Of a stretch of 64,000 bases of DNA, positions 26,792 to 36,112 are shown piece by piece. The position numbers and the translations under genes are program-made. The first letter of the stretch is position 1, and the number at the start of each line of letters is the position of its first letter. Below the pieces are notes generated by a model. The model was not told where the DNA came from. It did no database searches and saw only the letters and a program-made list of their open reading frames with translations. Location: contig CAWFAD010000016.1 in assembly GCA_963813815.1 (NCBI GenBank), positions 608,632 through 672,631 of the forward strand. Reading direction: 5' to 3'. The stretch is from an uncultured bacterium. Its GTDB lineage: Bacteria; Krumholzibacteriota; Krumholzibacteriia; Krumholzibacteriales; Krumholzibacteriaceae.

Positions 26792-28501
26792 ATGGAACCA
26801 TCACGGGAACGGTCCGCCGGGAGCGGGGCCTTCGCCCTCGGAGACGCGGGCGAGCCGAGAATCGCGTACTTCTCGATGGAGATTGGGATCGACGAGGATA
26901 TTCCGACCTACAGCGGAGGGCTCGGCATCCTCGCGGGGGATACGCTCAAATCCTGCGCGGATCTCGGCGTCCCCATCGCCGGCGTGACGCTCCTGTCGGA
27001 GAACGGATATTTCTATCAGCAGATCGACGCCGGCGGGAACCAGGTGGAAATGCCGATCAAATTCGACGTCGAACACCACCTCGCTTCGACCCCCGTGAGG
27101 GCGGCCGTGACCGTGGAGAATCGCACGGTGCACGTTCGCGTCTGGTATTACCTGCTGAGAGGGATCGGTGGGCGCGTCGTTCCGGTGCTGTTTCTCGATA
27201 CGAACCTCGAGGAGAACGGCGAGTGGGATAGGACGCTCACGAGAAACCTCTACGGCGGCGACGCACGCTACCGGCTCGCGCAGGAGATCGTTCTCGGCGT
27301 CGGCGGGGTTCGGGCCCTCCAGGCGCTCGGGTACGGCGGGATCGAGAAGTTTCACATGAACGAGGGGCACTCCGCGCTCCTCGCGCTCGAGCTCCTGCGG
27401 CAGGGGGGAGACATCGACGGGGTGCGCCGGCGGTGCGTCTTTACCACGCATACCCCGGTCGCCGCGGGGCACGATCAGTTCGAGCTCGGTCTCGCGCGCG
27501 GCATGCTCGGCGAACTTCTGCCGGACACGCACATCGAGGACGTCACCTTCGAGGGCAAGCTCAATATGACGCGCCTCGCCCTCCACTTCAGCCATCACGT
27601 GAACGGCGTCGCGAAACGGCACGGCGAGATCTCCCGGCTCATGTTCCCCGGCTACACGATCGATTCGATCACGAACGGCGTGCATTCGACGACGTGGACC
27701 GCGGAGCCCTTCAAGCGCCTCTTCGACGCCCACATGCCGGGCTGGCGCTCGGATCCCTTCATCCTCCGCTCCGCGTTCGGCATCGCGAAGCAGGAGATCT
27801 GGGCCGCCCACATGGATGCGAAGCGGGAGCTCGTCGATTTCGTCAACGGGCGGTTCAACGCGGGGATGACGGACGAGGATTTCACGATCGGATACGCGCG
27901 AAGGCAAACCGCCTACAAGCGTCCCGATCTCCTCATATCGGACATGGAGCGTCTGAGGCGGATCGCCGAAACGGCCGGCCCCGTCCAGATCGTTTACGCG
28001 GGAAAGGCCCATCCGAAAGACGAATCGGGCAAGGAAGCGATCCGAAAGATCGTGGCCGCCGCCTCGGCGAGCGGGGGAAAGCTCAAGATCGCTTACATCA
28101 ACAACTACGATATCGCCGTCGGCAAGATGATGGTGGCCGGCGTCGATCTGTGGCTCAACACGCCCCGGCGGCCGCTCGAGGCCTCGGGAACCTCCGGCAT
28201 GAAGGCGGCGCACAACGGCATCCCGCAGCTCAGCACGCTCGACGGCTGGTGGCTCGAAGGGTGCATCGAGAACATCACGGGATGGGCGATCGGCCCGGAG
28301 AAGACGGCGCACCAGGAATCGGACGACGCCGTCGATCGCCGCGACCTCTACGAGAAGCTCGAAAAGAGCGTCCTTCCGAAATTCTACGGCGATCGCGACA
28401 ACTGGGTGCGGACGATGAGGAGCTGCATCGCCATCAACGCTTCGTTCTTCAACACAAACCGCATGGTGCAGCAGTACGTCGTGAACTCCTACTTCCTGTA
28501 G
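26792..28501 (+). CDS. glgP: Alpha-glucan (glycogen) phosphorylase, short form
   Basis: AYFSMEIG, YSGGLG, HMNEGH, FTTHTP, ITNGVH, EASGTSGMKA (PLP Lys). Confidence 0.95.
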   Translation: MEPSRERSAGSGAFALGDAGEPRIAYFSMEIGIDEDIPTYSGGLGILAGDTLKSCADLGVPIAGVTLLSENGYFYQQIDAGGNQVEMPIKFDVEHHLASTPVRAAVTVENRTVHVRVWYYLLRGIGGRVVPVLFLDTNLEENGEWDRTLTRNLYGGDARYRLAQEIVLGVGGVRALQALGYGGIEKFHMNEGHSALLALELLRQGGDIDGVRRRCVFTTHTPVAAGHDQFELGLARGMLGELLPDTHIEDVTFEGKLNMTRLALHFSHHVNGVAKRHGEISRLMFPGYTIDSITNGVHSTTWTAEPFKRLFDAHMPGWRSDPFILRSAFGIAKQEIWAAHMDAKRELVDFVNGRFNAGMTDEDFTIGYARRQTAYKRPDLLISDMERLRRIAETAGPVQIVYAGKAHPKDESGKEAIRKIVAAASASGGKLKIAYINNYDIAVGKMMVAGVDLWLNTPRRPLEASGTSGMKAAHNGIPQLSTLDGWWLEGCIENITGWAIGPEKTAHQESDDAVDRRDLYEKLEKSVLPKFYGDRDNWVRTMRSCIAINASFFNTNRMVQQYVVNSYFL

Positions 28502-29418
28502 CCGCGCGCCGCGATGAGCGCGCCGAGATTTCGGGGCAGGATTCCGTAGTCGTCGGCGAGATCGATCGCCTTCAGCTTGTCCACGGTCTCGGCGGGCAGA
28601 CGGTCGAGAGGCACGCGGCCCATGATGGCCTCCGTTTCCCGTTCCGAAAAGCGCGCCGCGTCCTCGATCCTGCCGATGAAATCCCGGTTCTCGGGACACG
28701 TCTCCTGACACGCCATGCATCCGATGAGGCAGCGATGGCTCGCGGGATCGAGCCACCCCGGAAAAGCGGGAGCGTCGCTTTCGTTGAGATAGGCGAGGCA
28801 GCGCTCCGCGCGAATGAGGAAGCGGTCGGGGGATATGCTGTTCGTTGGGCAGGCCGCGGCGCAGGCGGCGCAGCGGGTGCACCGCTCCATCATCGCCTCG
28901 TCGCGCCACGGGTCGCATCCGCAGGGGACGTCGGTGAAGAAGGCCGCCAGTCTGTTGAAGCTGCCGTTTCCGGGAACGTAGCAGACGTTGTTTCTGCCGT
29001 ACACGCCGAGGCCGCTCCGCACGGCGAGCTGCTTGAGCGGGAGATTCGCTTTCACGAAGCGGTGTCCGAGGCCGCCGAGCGACTCGCGGAGGAGCGCTTC
29101 GATTTCCGCGTCGACCTTCCAGCGATAGGTGGGAGGGACGATCGCCGCGATCTCCTTTTCCTTCCATTCGAAGAATGCCCGAATCATGGGCTGCGGAACG
29201 GCGATCGCGAGTATCGATCGGGCCTCGGGGAAATCAATGGTAGGGTCGAATTCGAAACTGGAGAGGCGCTCCCGATAAAAGGCCGCGTCGAGACCGCCGC
29301 TCTCGCGCAGTCGCTCGATCGCGGATGCGATCTCCCGCGCGCGCCGGAACGGCGCGAGACTGAAGCGCCAGCCTCGCGAGCCGAGCTCGCTCGAAAGGAT
29401 GCGGATCGTCTCTTCCAC
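28489..29418 (-). CDS. 4Fe-4S double-cluster protein, epoxyqueuosine reductase (QueG)-like
   Basis: PLKQLAVRSGLGVYGRN, CTRCAACAAACP, RCLAY, IGCMACQETCP; GTG start 2 nt after upstream stop; 3' end overlaps glgP by 13 nt. Confidence 0.8.
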   Translation of the reverse strand: MEETIRILSSELGSRGWRFSLAPFRRAREIASAIERLRESGGLDAAFYRERLSSFEFDPTIDFPEARSILAIAVPQPMIRAFFEWKEKEIAAIVPPTYRWKVDAEIEALLRESLGGLGHRFVKANLPLKQLAVRSGLGVYGRNNVCYVPGNGSFNRLAAFFTDVPCGCDPWRDEAMMERCTRCAACAAACPTNSISPDRFLIRAERCLAYLNESDAPAFPGWLDPASHRCLIGCMACQETCPENRDFIGRIEDAARFSERETEAIMGRVPLDRLPAETVDKLKAIDLADDYGILPRNLGALIAARGYRK

Positions 29419-29420
29419 GG

Positions 29421-31079
29421 TCAGCCGCCGACGGGGGGCGGAAGGCGCAGCGCCAGCCAGCCGGTTGGGTGGCTCATCGCGCCCCGCGGCACCGTGGTGC
29501 ATCTGCCGAGGGAGTCCCGGGACGCTCCCAGAAACAGGGCGAGAATTCTCTCGTGATCGAGAACGACGCTGATCCCCTCGTCCCGGATGTAGTCGTCGAG
29601 GCATCCGCCTCTGAGGGCCGCGAGCGCATCGCGGTTCACCTTGCCGTCGAGGTTGATGGTCTTCCGGCCCGACAGGTATCCGATCGTGCCGCACTGAAAG
29701 GAACCGATCGTGTCGCCCTCGTCCGTGTTCTCGCTCGCCCAGCAGGCGACGTCGTAGAAGGGGTATACGGGCTGCGAGCGAAACGCCTGCGAGTAGGCGA
29801 AGTAGACGAAGAGCGCCGCGTACCCGACGGCAGCCGCCGCGAACGCCAGACGCGTGCGCGCGCCGCGGCGGCGGTACCAGCCGACGGCGTCCTCGAGAAG
29901 GAAGGCGAAGTAAATAGAGCCCACGATGAAGATCGGGTAGTAGTAGCGGATGAAGTAGAACGATCCGAAGATATAGAGGGAATACGACGCGACGAGAAGC
30001 CCCGAGAACCAGAGCAGCGGATCGATCTCGCTCCTGCGGGCGCGCCCGACGTTTCGTTGCCACCGCGCCACCGCCCACGCGAAGAGCGCGAGGGCGACGA
30101 GGCCGATGGCGCCCGCCGCGACGCGAAAGCCGCCGACCGCGCCGGCCGCGGTGCCCGCTCGATCGAGCGAGCGGAAGAAAACGTGCACGGGCGGGATGAC
30201 CTGCATCGTCGCGAACGAGTGCGCGAGCTGCTTCCAGACGAACGAGTATCCCGGGCCGTCGGCGGCGAGGCTCTCGGGCGAGTAGTGGAAATAGTTGGTG
30301 TAGGCGAGCGACAGGTAGCGCGTCGCCGTGCCGCTGTCCTGCAGGGGGCTCCCGCTCTCGAGCATGTTATAGACGAGCCACGGTCCGTAGAGCGCGATAA
30401 CGCCGAGGGGAACGAGCCCCACGGGGAGAAGCCTCTTCGCCGGCGCGCCGCTCCTTCGGAGCAGCAGGAGATAATCGAGCGATAGAACGAGGACGAGGAG
30501 CAGCGAGTCGATGCGGGAGAGCACCGCGAGGCCGAGCAAGAGCCCGAGGGCGAGATATCGCCGCGCCGGCGGCCGTTCGACCTGACGCACGCGCGCGAGA
30601 TAATAGTAAAAGGCGAGGGCGATCATGAACGCCGCAAGGGCGGTTTCGAGTCCGTTCGCCCCCTGGCGGATGACGACCGGCGAGAACGCCCAAACGAGGG
30701 CGGCGGCGAGCGCGGCCGCCCTTCCCGCGTGGCGGCGCGCGATGAGGTATATGAGCCCGGCGGTGAGGCACGTGAAGACGGCGAGCATCGTGAGGGCGAT
30801 GTGAATGGGCAGAATGGGATCGCCGTTCGCGGCGAGATACACCGGCACGAGGAGGAAGACATAGAGCGGCTGGAATCCGCTCGTCGAGTGCTCCCCGTCG
30901 AACGTGACGCCCCGGCCGGCGGCTATGTTTTGAGCTATCTTGAAGGCGTAGAAGCTGTCGTCGTAGAGGAAGCCGTTCCGCGCGAGCACGGCGAACCCCT
31001 GCCATGCGATGGCCAGATGAAAGGCGAGAATGGCGAGCAGAATGCCGGTGGCGAGAACGGCATTGTTGTGTTTTTGCAT
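29421..31079 (-). CDS. GT-C fold membrane glycosyltransferase (ArnT/PMT-like)
   Basis: YDDSFYAFKIAQNI after first TM, TSGFQPLY, NGLET, LSRID, NLDGKVN; multi-TM. Confidence 0.8.
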   Translation of the reverse strand: MQKHNNAVLATGILLAILAFHLAIAWQGFAVLARNGFLYDDSFYAFKIAQNIAAGRGVTFDGEHSTSGFQPLYVFLLVPVYLAANGDPILPIHIALTMLAVFTCLTAGLIYLIARRHAGRAAALAAALVWAFSPVVIRQGANGLETALAAFMIALAFYYYLARVRQVERPPARRYLALGLLLGLAVLSRIDSLLLVLVLSLDYLLLLRRSGAPAKRLLPVGLVPLGVIALYGPWLVYNMLESGSPLQDSGTATRYLSLAYTNYFHYSPESLAADGPGYSFVWKQLAHSFATMQVIPPVHVFFRSLDRAGTAAGAVGGFRVAAGAIGLVALALFAWAVARWQRNVGRARRSEIDPLLWFSGLLVASYSLYIFGSFYFIRYYYPIFIVGSIYFAFLLEDAVGWYRRRGARTRLAFAAAAVGYAALFVYFAYSQAFRSQPVYPFYDVACWASENTDEGDTIGSFQCGTIGYLSGRKTINLDGKVNRDALAALRGGCLDDYIRDEGISVVLDHERILALFLGASRDSLGRCTTVPRGAMSHPTGWLALRLPPPVGG

Positions 31080-31148
31080 GAGATGCGCCGTCTCGTTAGC
31101 GGTAGCCGCCGATACGACATCCTTTCGTTTGAAGGTTCAGTGGCGTCA

Positions 31149-31178
31149 ATTATATCCGATACCCGGCCCCCGTGTCAA
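31149..31178 (-). promoter_or_regulatory. Consensus sigma70 promoter
   Basis: Minus strand TTGACA-N18-TATAAT, both hexamers perfect, about 70 nt upstream of the 31079 start. Confidence 0.75.
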
Positions 31179-33304
31179 TGCCCGGCGTCCGGCAAGGCTT
31201 TCCGGTCCCGTCCGGCGCGCTTTTCGGGATCGCTTCCGCGCCGCTGCGTTTCGAAAAATATGCTGATCTCGCGCTCGCCGCGGGGCTCGAGGAGGATGAA
31301 CGGCACCGGATCGCCGAGCCGCGCGACGGGCGATATGCGAGCCGGCGGGGCGACGCGCAAGCCGCGATCCCAGTGGTACTTGAGCAGCACGCGCGCGGGC
31401 GGCGGGGCATCTCCCTCCTCGATCGTCACGTCGAGTCTCCCGTAGGATGAGCGCACATCGACGCCCGGCTCCGAAGCGAACGAAGCGGCTCCCCCGGGGG
31501 CGCCGGCGGCGGTTTCCCAGAGCGTGAAGGCGCCGGAAGACCACGACTTCGCGAGACCGGCGCTCTCGATGCGCGCCGCGCAATCGGGCGTCGCCGTGAG
31601 GATCCAGTGGACGTTGTACAGGGCGAGGTACTCGCGAAGGCGTTCCGGGGCGAGATCGGCGAGCGGCGTTCCAAAGGCCTCGCACGTGCGGAAGGTCGCG
31701 AAGCTGTGCCGTATGAACGTGAACGGGTATGGTCCGCCGATCTGTTCGACTCGGGTTTGGAGCGGCAAGAGCGCCGGGAGAAAAACGTTGCCGTACGCCC
31801 ACGCGGGACCGTCCTCGATCATGAGACGCCCCGAACGGTCGATTCTTCGCGAGAGCTCCTCGACGAGGCCTCGCGTCTCGGGGGAGTGCGTCGTCGAGAG
31901 CGTATGCCGGTAGAACGCGCGCGAGGAGACGAGCGAGAGCGCGGGGGAGGCGATGACGAGGAGCACGAGCGCGCCCGAGCGCGCGGCCGACGCGCCCACG
32001 GCGGAGCGAGACGCCTTGCCCAGAGCCTCGAGGGCGGCGGCGGCTCCGGCTCCGGCGAGTGGCGCCGAGAAAATGAATGCCGGCACGAGGAACCGCCCCG
32101 GCTCCATCTGATTGAATACGGGGATGTGGATTCCGAACGCGCTGACGAGGAGAAGGAATACCGCGCCCGCGGCGGGCGCCGCGGCGTCGGCGAGACGCCG
32201 TCCGCGCGCGAGAATCACCGCGCCGGCGGCGGCGAACGCGAGAAGAGCGAGGGCGGGGAGGTTCCCGGGCCTCGCGAGCTCGCGGGCGAGGGCGCCCATC
32301 CCGCCGATTTGAAAGAAGGTTTCGGACGCCGTTTTGATGTCGAGATACCTGAAAAGCGGCACGAGCCAGACGGCGTTCACCGCGAGGACGATGAGGATGA
32401 AGAGGCCGCATCGCGCGGCGACGCGCCGGCACCACGCGCGGCGCTCGGAGCCCGGCGGCACTCGCCCGCGGGCCGCGAAAAAGAGCGCGGCGGAGGGTGC
32501 GGGCAGGAGTATCGCCGTCGTCGGATGAATGAGGCAGGCGAGTGGACCGAGAAGGTAGAGACGATTCACCCGTTCCTCGTCGAAGAACGAACGCATGAGA
32601 CCGGCGAGATAGAGGGAGAGGTGGCAGACCAGCAGGTACGAGAACATTCCCGCGAACCGGAAATGCCCCGCGTAGGGCCTTCCCCAGTGCCAGAAGGTGA
32701 GGAGCAGCAGAACCGCGTAGACCGACTCCCCGAAACGAAAGCGCATCCGCCGGCAGCCGGCGTACGCGGTGAAGACGAGCAGAAGATGGCCGAGAACGAT
32801 GAAGAGCTTGTAGGCGACGGCCGTGTCGATGAATCTCAGGAGCGCGCACCAGAGCTCGACGCCCTTCGAATCGATGTCGAAGATCGTGCCGCCCGGATGT
32901 CCGGCCATGAAATAAGGGTCGTAGGTGTGGAGCCTGCCGGTGCTCCAGAAGATTTCCTTCGCCCGCTCCGCCTGATAGAAATGGAGCGAGTGATCGAGGG
33001 TGAGGACGGGACGGCCGTTGAAAATATCCTCGGGAGGAAAGAAGAAAAACGTCGCGACGAGGTGGGCTCCGAAAACGACGGCGAGGATCGCGCGCCGGCG
33101 CGATTCGAGCGGGCCGCCGCTGAAGAGCCGCCATAAGGGCCGAAGCGCGAGAGCGGCGGCCGCCGCGAGCAGGGCTGCCGCCGGAAACGTCAAGGCGGCG
33201 GAGCCCCATATCCGGAGCGCCGCCGCCGTTCCTATCGCGAACGAGGCCGCGAGCAAGGCGACATCGGCTCGGGAGATCTTCCGTTCCGGCGCGTCAACGA
33301 GCAT
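31175..33304 (-). CDS. Multi-TM membrane protein, probable GT-C glycosyltransferase (YfhO-like)
   Basis: LDHSLHFY, YDPYFMAGHP, many TM helices, periplasmic C-terminal domain (LALYNVHWI, LLKYHW). Confidence 0.6.
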   Translation of the reverse strand: MLVDAPERKISRADVALLAASFAIGTAAALRIWGSAALTFPAAALLAAAAALALRPLWRLFSGGPLESRRRAILAVVFGAHLVATFFFFPPEDIFNGRPVLTLDHSLHFYQAERAKEIFWSTGRLHTYDPYFMAGHPGGTIFDIDSKGVELWCALLRFIDTAVAYKLFIVLGHLLLVFTAYAGCRRMRFRFGESVYAVLLLLTFWHWGRPYAGHFRFAGMFSYLLVCHLSLYLAGLMRSFFDEERVNRLYLLGPLACLIHPTTAILLPAPSAALFFAARGRVPPGSERRAWCRRVAARCGLFILIVLAVNAVWLVPLFRYLDIKTASETFFQIGGMGALARELARPGNLPALALLAFAAAGAVILARGRRLADAAAPAAGAVFLLLVSAFGIHIPVFNQMEPGRFLVPAFIFSAPLAGAGAAAALEALGKASRSAVGASAARSGALVLLVIASPALSLVSSRAFYRHTLSTTHSPETRGLVEELSRRIDRSGRLMIEDGPAWAYGNVFLPALLPLQTRVEQIGGPYPFTFIRHSFATFRTCEAFGTPLADLAPERLREYLALYNVHWILTATPDCAARIESAGLAKSWSSGAFTLWETAAGAPGGAASFASEPGVDVRSSYGRLDVTIEEGDAPPPARVLLKYHWDRGLRVAPPARISPVARLGDPVPFILLEPRGEREISIFFETQRRGSDPEKRAGRDRKALPDAGH

Positions 33305-33348
33305 GATGCCGGCATTCTATCAGAAATCGCCGAGCTCCGGGCGCGTAA

Positions 33349-34254
33349 CTATCGCCTGCGGCCTTTCTGTTTCGTTTCCGATTTCTTGTTTTCCTTCTCC
33401 GCCTCGGACTGTCCCCGTTCCTTCCCGGATTCCGGCCTTTTCGGCGTTAGGACCTCGCGCTCGACCCTGGGCGCGTACTCCTTGACGCGCGCTTGTTCCC
33501 GCTCCGGGAGAACCATTTTCCGAAGCGAGGTTTTCCCGGGACGGCCGGGTGTCGGCGGTGTTGTCATTATATCCCGCCGAACATTTGCCCGCTCTCTCTC
33601 GATCTTCACAGCGGGGATCGCCCGCTTCGTGACCGCTTCGACCCTCTTGATCGCGGGCGCTCGCTTGATCACGTTGCCGCGCCGCGATATCTCCCGGTAC
33701 TGGGGTCGGTCGATCCGGTGGTGTCCGACGTATTCGTTCGTGAAGTTGTTGATGTCGACCACGATCCAGACGTCGATATCCCACGGATCCCACGGATCTG
33801 GCCAGTACATGTGCGGCGGCGGCATGGGCGCCCACGCGCAGTAGTCGCCGAACGTGAACCACTGAACGCGGGCCGGGGACCATATGGTTCCGGGCACCCA
33901 GACCCATCCGAACCTCGGATGATAGTCCCAGAAGCCGTAGTGATACACCATCCAGCCGAACGGCTCGTACGATATCCACGCCCAGCCGTCGTGCGTCCAG
34001 GACCAATTGCCGTGAAAGAACGGCGACCAGCCTTCGACGACGTAGGGGCGCCACACCATCCCGTAGCGGGGGATGCGCACCCAATCTCCGTAATCGTTCA
34101 GGTAATCGTAGTCGCTGATGCGGATACCGGCGTGAATGCTCGTCGCGTAGCTGGCCGGGACGCATCCGATGCAGCCGACGACAGCCAGCACCAGCAAGAC
34201 CGAGAGCAGGAGCCCGGCGCCCCTTCGCCCTCCGCGATCGTTCGTTCCGATCAT
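33349..34254 (-). CDS. DUF6600-like Trp/Pro-rich exported protein
   Basis: LNDYGDWV, YGMVWRP, GWAWISYEPFGWMVYHYGFW, GWVWVPG, WSPARVQW; signal/lipoprotein-like N-terminus; GGAAAGGAG RBS. Confidence 0.75.
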   Translation of the reverse strand: MIGTNDRGGRRGAGLLLSVLLVLAVVGCIGCVPASYATSIHAGIRISDYDYLNDYGDWVRIPRYGMVWRPYVVEGWSPFFHGNWSWTHDGWAWISYEPFGWMVYHYGFWDYHPRFGWVWVPGTIWSPARVQWFTFGDYCAWAPMPPPHMYWPDPWDPWDIDVWIVVDINNFTNEYVGHHRIDRPQYREISRRGNVIKRAPAIKRVEAVTKRAIPAVKIERERANVRRDIMTTPPTPGRPGKTSLRKMVLPEREQARVKEYAPRVEREVLTPKRPESGKERGQSEAEKENKKSETKQKGRRR

Positions 34255-34390
34255 GACTCGCTCCTTTCCGCCCGAAAGGTTCCTTCGACACGCGCCATGC
34301 TAATGCCGCGAAGGTCGCCGTCAACCATTCTCAATCGTCGGAGCGGCCCCGCGACGGTTACAGGCGCCGGCGCGAAATGCGTGGAGCGAG

Positions 34391-35625
34391 TTATCTGACG
34401 AGGAGGAGCTTTTCGGCCTCGTCTCGCCGAGCGCGGTTATCCCGCGTATATCGGCCGCTCGCAACGGCTTGTTCCCACCCGTTTCGGCCGTTCCAAACGG
34501 ATCGGCCCGATTCGGCGGGCGTGTCGCCGTTCGCGAGCGTTTCCGACGAGACCGCCCCGCGCGTCATAGATCTCGACGAGGCGAATTCGCGGCGCCGGCA
34601 TGAGAAATTCGATGATCGCCGCGGCGTTGAACGGATTCGGAAGATCGGAAGCCCGAGTTGTCCGGCGGGCCGGGCGCCGGATCGTCGAGATGCATCCGCG
34701 GATACGATCTCGATCTCGGCGATATCGGAACCGTCGTCGCTGAATCGCGCCGCGGCCATGGTCCACGAGTCCGTCGCGAGCGGCTCGAGTCCCGCTGCCG
34801 ATTTTGGACGACGGGCGGCCGTAATGAAGCGTTCGCGGGTACATCGGATAGGCGACGCCGTCGAAGAGGATCTCCGAGATCGCCGGGCGGTCGCGATCCC
34901 GTCCTCGTAGTCGAGCCGCGCCCTCGCCTCGGCCCCGGAACCTTCGATCGCGAGATTCGCGAGAGTCGGCCGATCGTTTGCTACGAGCTCGATCGGAGTA
35001 ATTGTCCGAAGATGGCGTCTGCCGCCCGGGCTCCGATCCGCTTCCGCGGCCCCGCCGAGGAGCATGATGCGCTGGTGAACGCAGCGATACCGATCCGCGG
35101 ATCCGCGGGATCGAACCACGACGCGAAATGGCTGTTCGCGCGCGAGGTCCGCGAGAAAGCGCGGGATCAGGAGCGAGTTCGTTTCGGGAAACTGTGCGAC
35201 AACGACGTCGCCGATTTTCGTGAGGTTGCCGAGGCCCGTTTCCGTGACGAGATAGAGCCCCGGATTATGATTCCCGGTTGGTTATACGTATACATGAGTG
35301 CGAGCACCGTGTCCGGATCGGCGATGGCGGGATCGACGATGCCGAGCGGGTATCCGAAGAACGTGAGCCCCTGAACCACGGGAAATCCGCCGCCCGCGTT
35401 CTGGAGGGACGCGTAGAGCCGGCTGTCCGAGAAGCTCACGCGACAGTCGACGATGTCGAGATTCGCGCATTCGAACAGCTCGTCTCCGACCGCATCCAAG
35501 GCGAGACGCGTGAGATCCGCCGGCGCGGGCGAGACGCCATCCTCTACGCGGACTGGGATGAGGTCGAGCTCCGTTCCCTGCGCGAGACGAAAGCCAAAAT
35601 AGCTCGTTTCGGCTCGACGTGTCAA
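34391..35625 (-). pseudogene. Frameshifted remnant of a secreted protein with FlgD/T9SS-type-A-like C-terminal domain
   Basis: Pieces in different frames: LDIVDCRVSFSDSRLYASLQNAGGGFP..., ANDRPTLANL...LDYED, PNPFN...VEIYDARGGLV, VWNGRN...VASGRY...KLLLVR*. Confidence 0.65.
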
Positions 35626-35778
35626 CGCGCCGCGTATATCGAGCCGTCGGGACTGCCCGCTTGATTGATCCTGCTCGCGGCGTCGAGAAGGACCGCCGGA
35701 GGCAGGGACGCATCGTTTTCACAGGTCGGCGGGTTCGGAGGCAAGACCGGTCCCCGAGAACATGAGGACGAGTTCCTT
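35622..35778 (-). pseudogene. Decayed 3' fragment of a paralog of the gene at 58207-59166
   Basis: ELVLMFSGTGLA / PAVLLDAASRINQAGSPDG / IYAAR* versus ELVLMFPGTGLA / PAVLLDAASRINQTGRPDG / IHAAR*; DNA similarity to 58207-58226 and 58383-58510. Confidence 0.85.
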
Positions 35779-35779
35779 C

Positions 35780-36022
35780 GCCTCGCTCGCTGAACATCCG
35801 GACCGCCGTACTCTTTGCGCCACCGTAGGTACGTGTTCTCGCTGACGCTGAGCTGACGACAGACTTCTCCCACCTTCTGACCTTTGGAGAGCAGAACCTC
35901 GGCCTCTCGAAGTTTCGTGATGATCTGTTCCGAAGTAACTCGCTTCCTGCGCATGGGAAAACCCCTTCTCGATCGACCGGAGTATGACTCATTGCCCTGA
36001 TCAGATCGAGGGGGTCACGTCA
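35780..36022 (-). mobile_element. Truncated IS3-family element (IS407-group-like): left inverted repeat plus 5' part of orfA
   Basis: MRRKRVTSEQIITKLREAEVLLSKGQKVGEVCRQLSVSENTYLRWRKEYGG (HTH) from 35954; terminal TGACGTGACCCCC at 36022; no orfB or right end. Confidence 0.85.
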
Positions 36023-36077
36023 AAGTTTCATCTCGGGATCAGTGTTTATCATAATCTCGGAGCCCTACCTTCCGGTA

Positions 36078-36106
36078 TTGTCGACCTCCGGTTTCCGTGG
36101 GATAAT
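36078..36106 (+). promoter_or_regulatory. Putative promoter giving a leaderless transcript
   Basis: TTGTCG-N17-GATAAT with TG extension; -10 ends 6 nt before ATG 36113; no SD. Confidence 0.4.
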
Positions 36107-36112
36107 GCGCGA

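Noticed and set aside
35622..35954. Intact 110-aa IS3 OrfA
   Set aside because: Only about the first 60 residues are transposase-like; the rest is a fused fragment of another gene and orfB is missing
35984..36112. Longer N-terminus for the hydrolase-Omp85 ORF
   Set aside because: Extension runs through the IS inverted repeat and promoter; the signal peptide begins at ATG 36113
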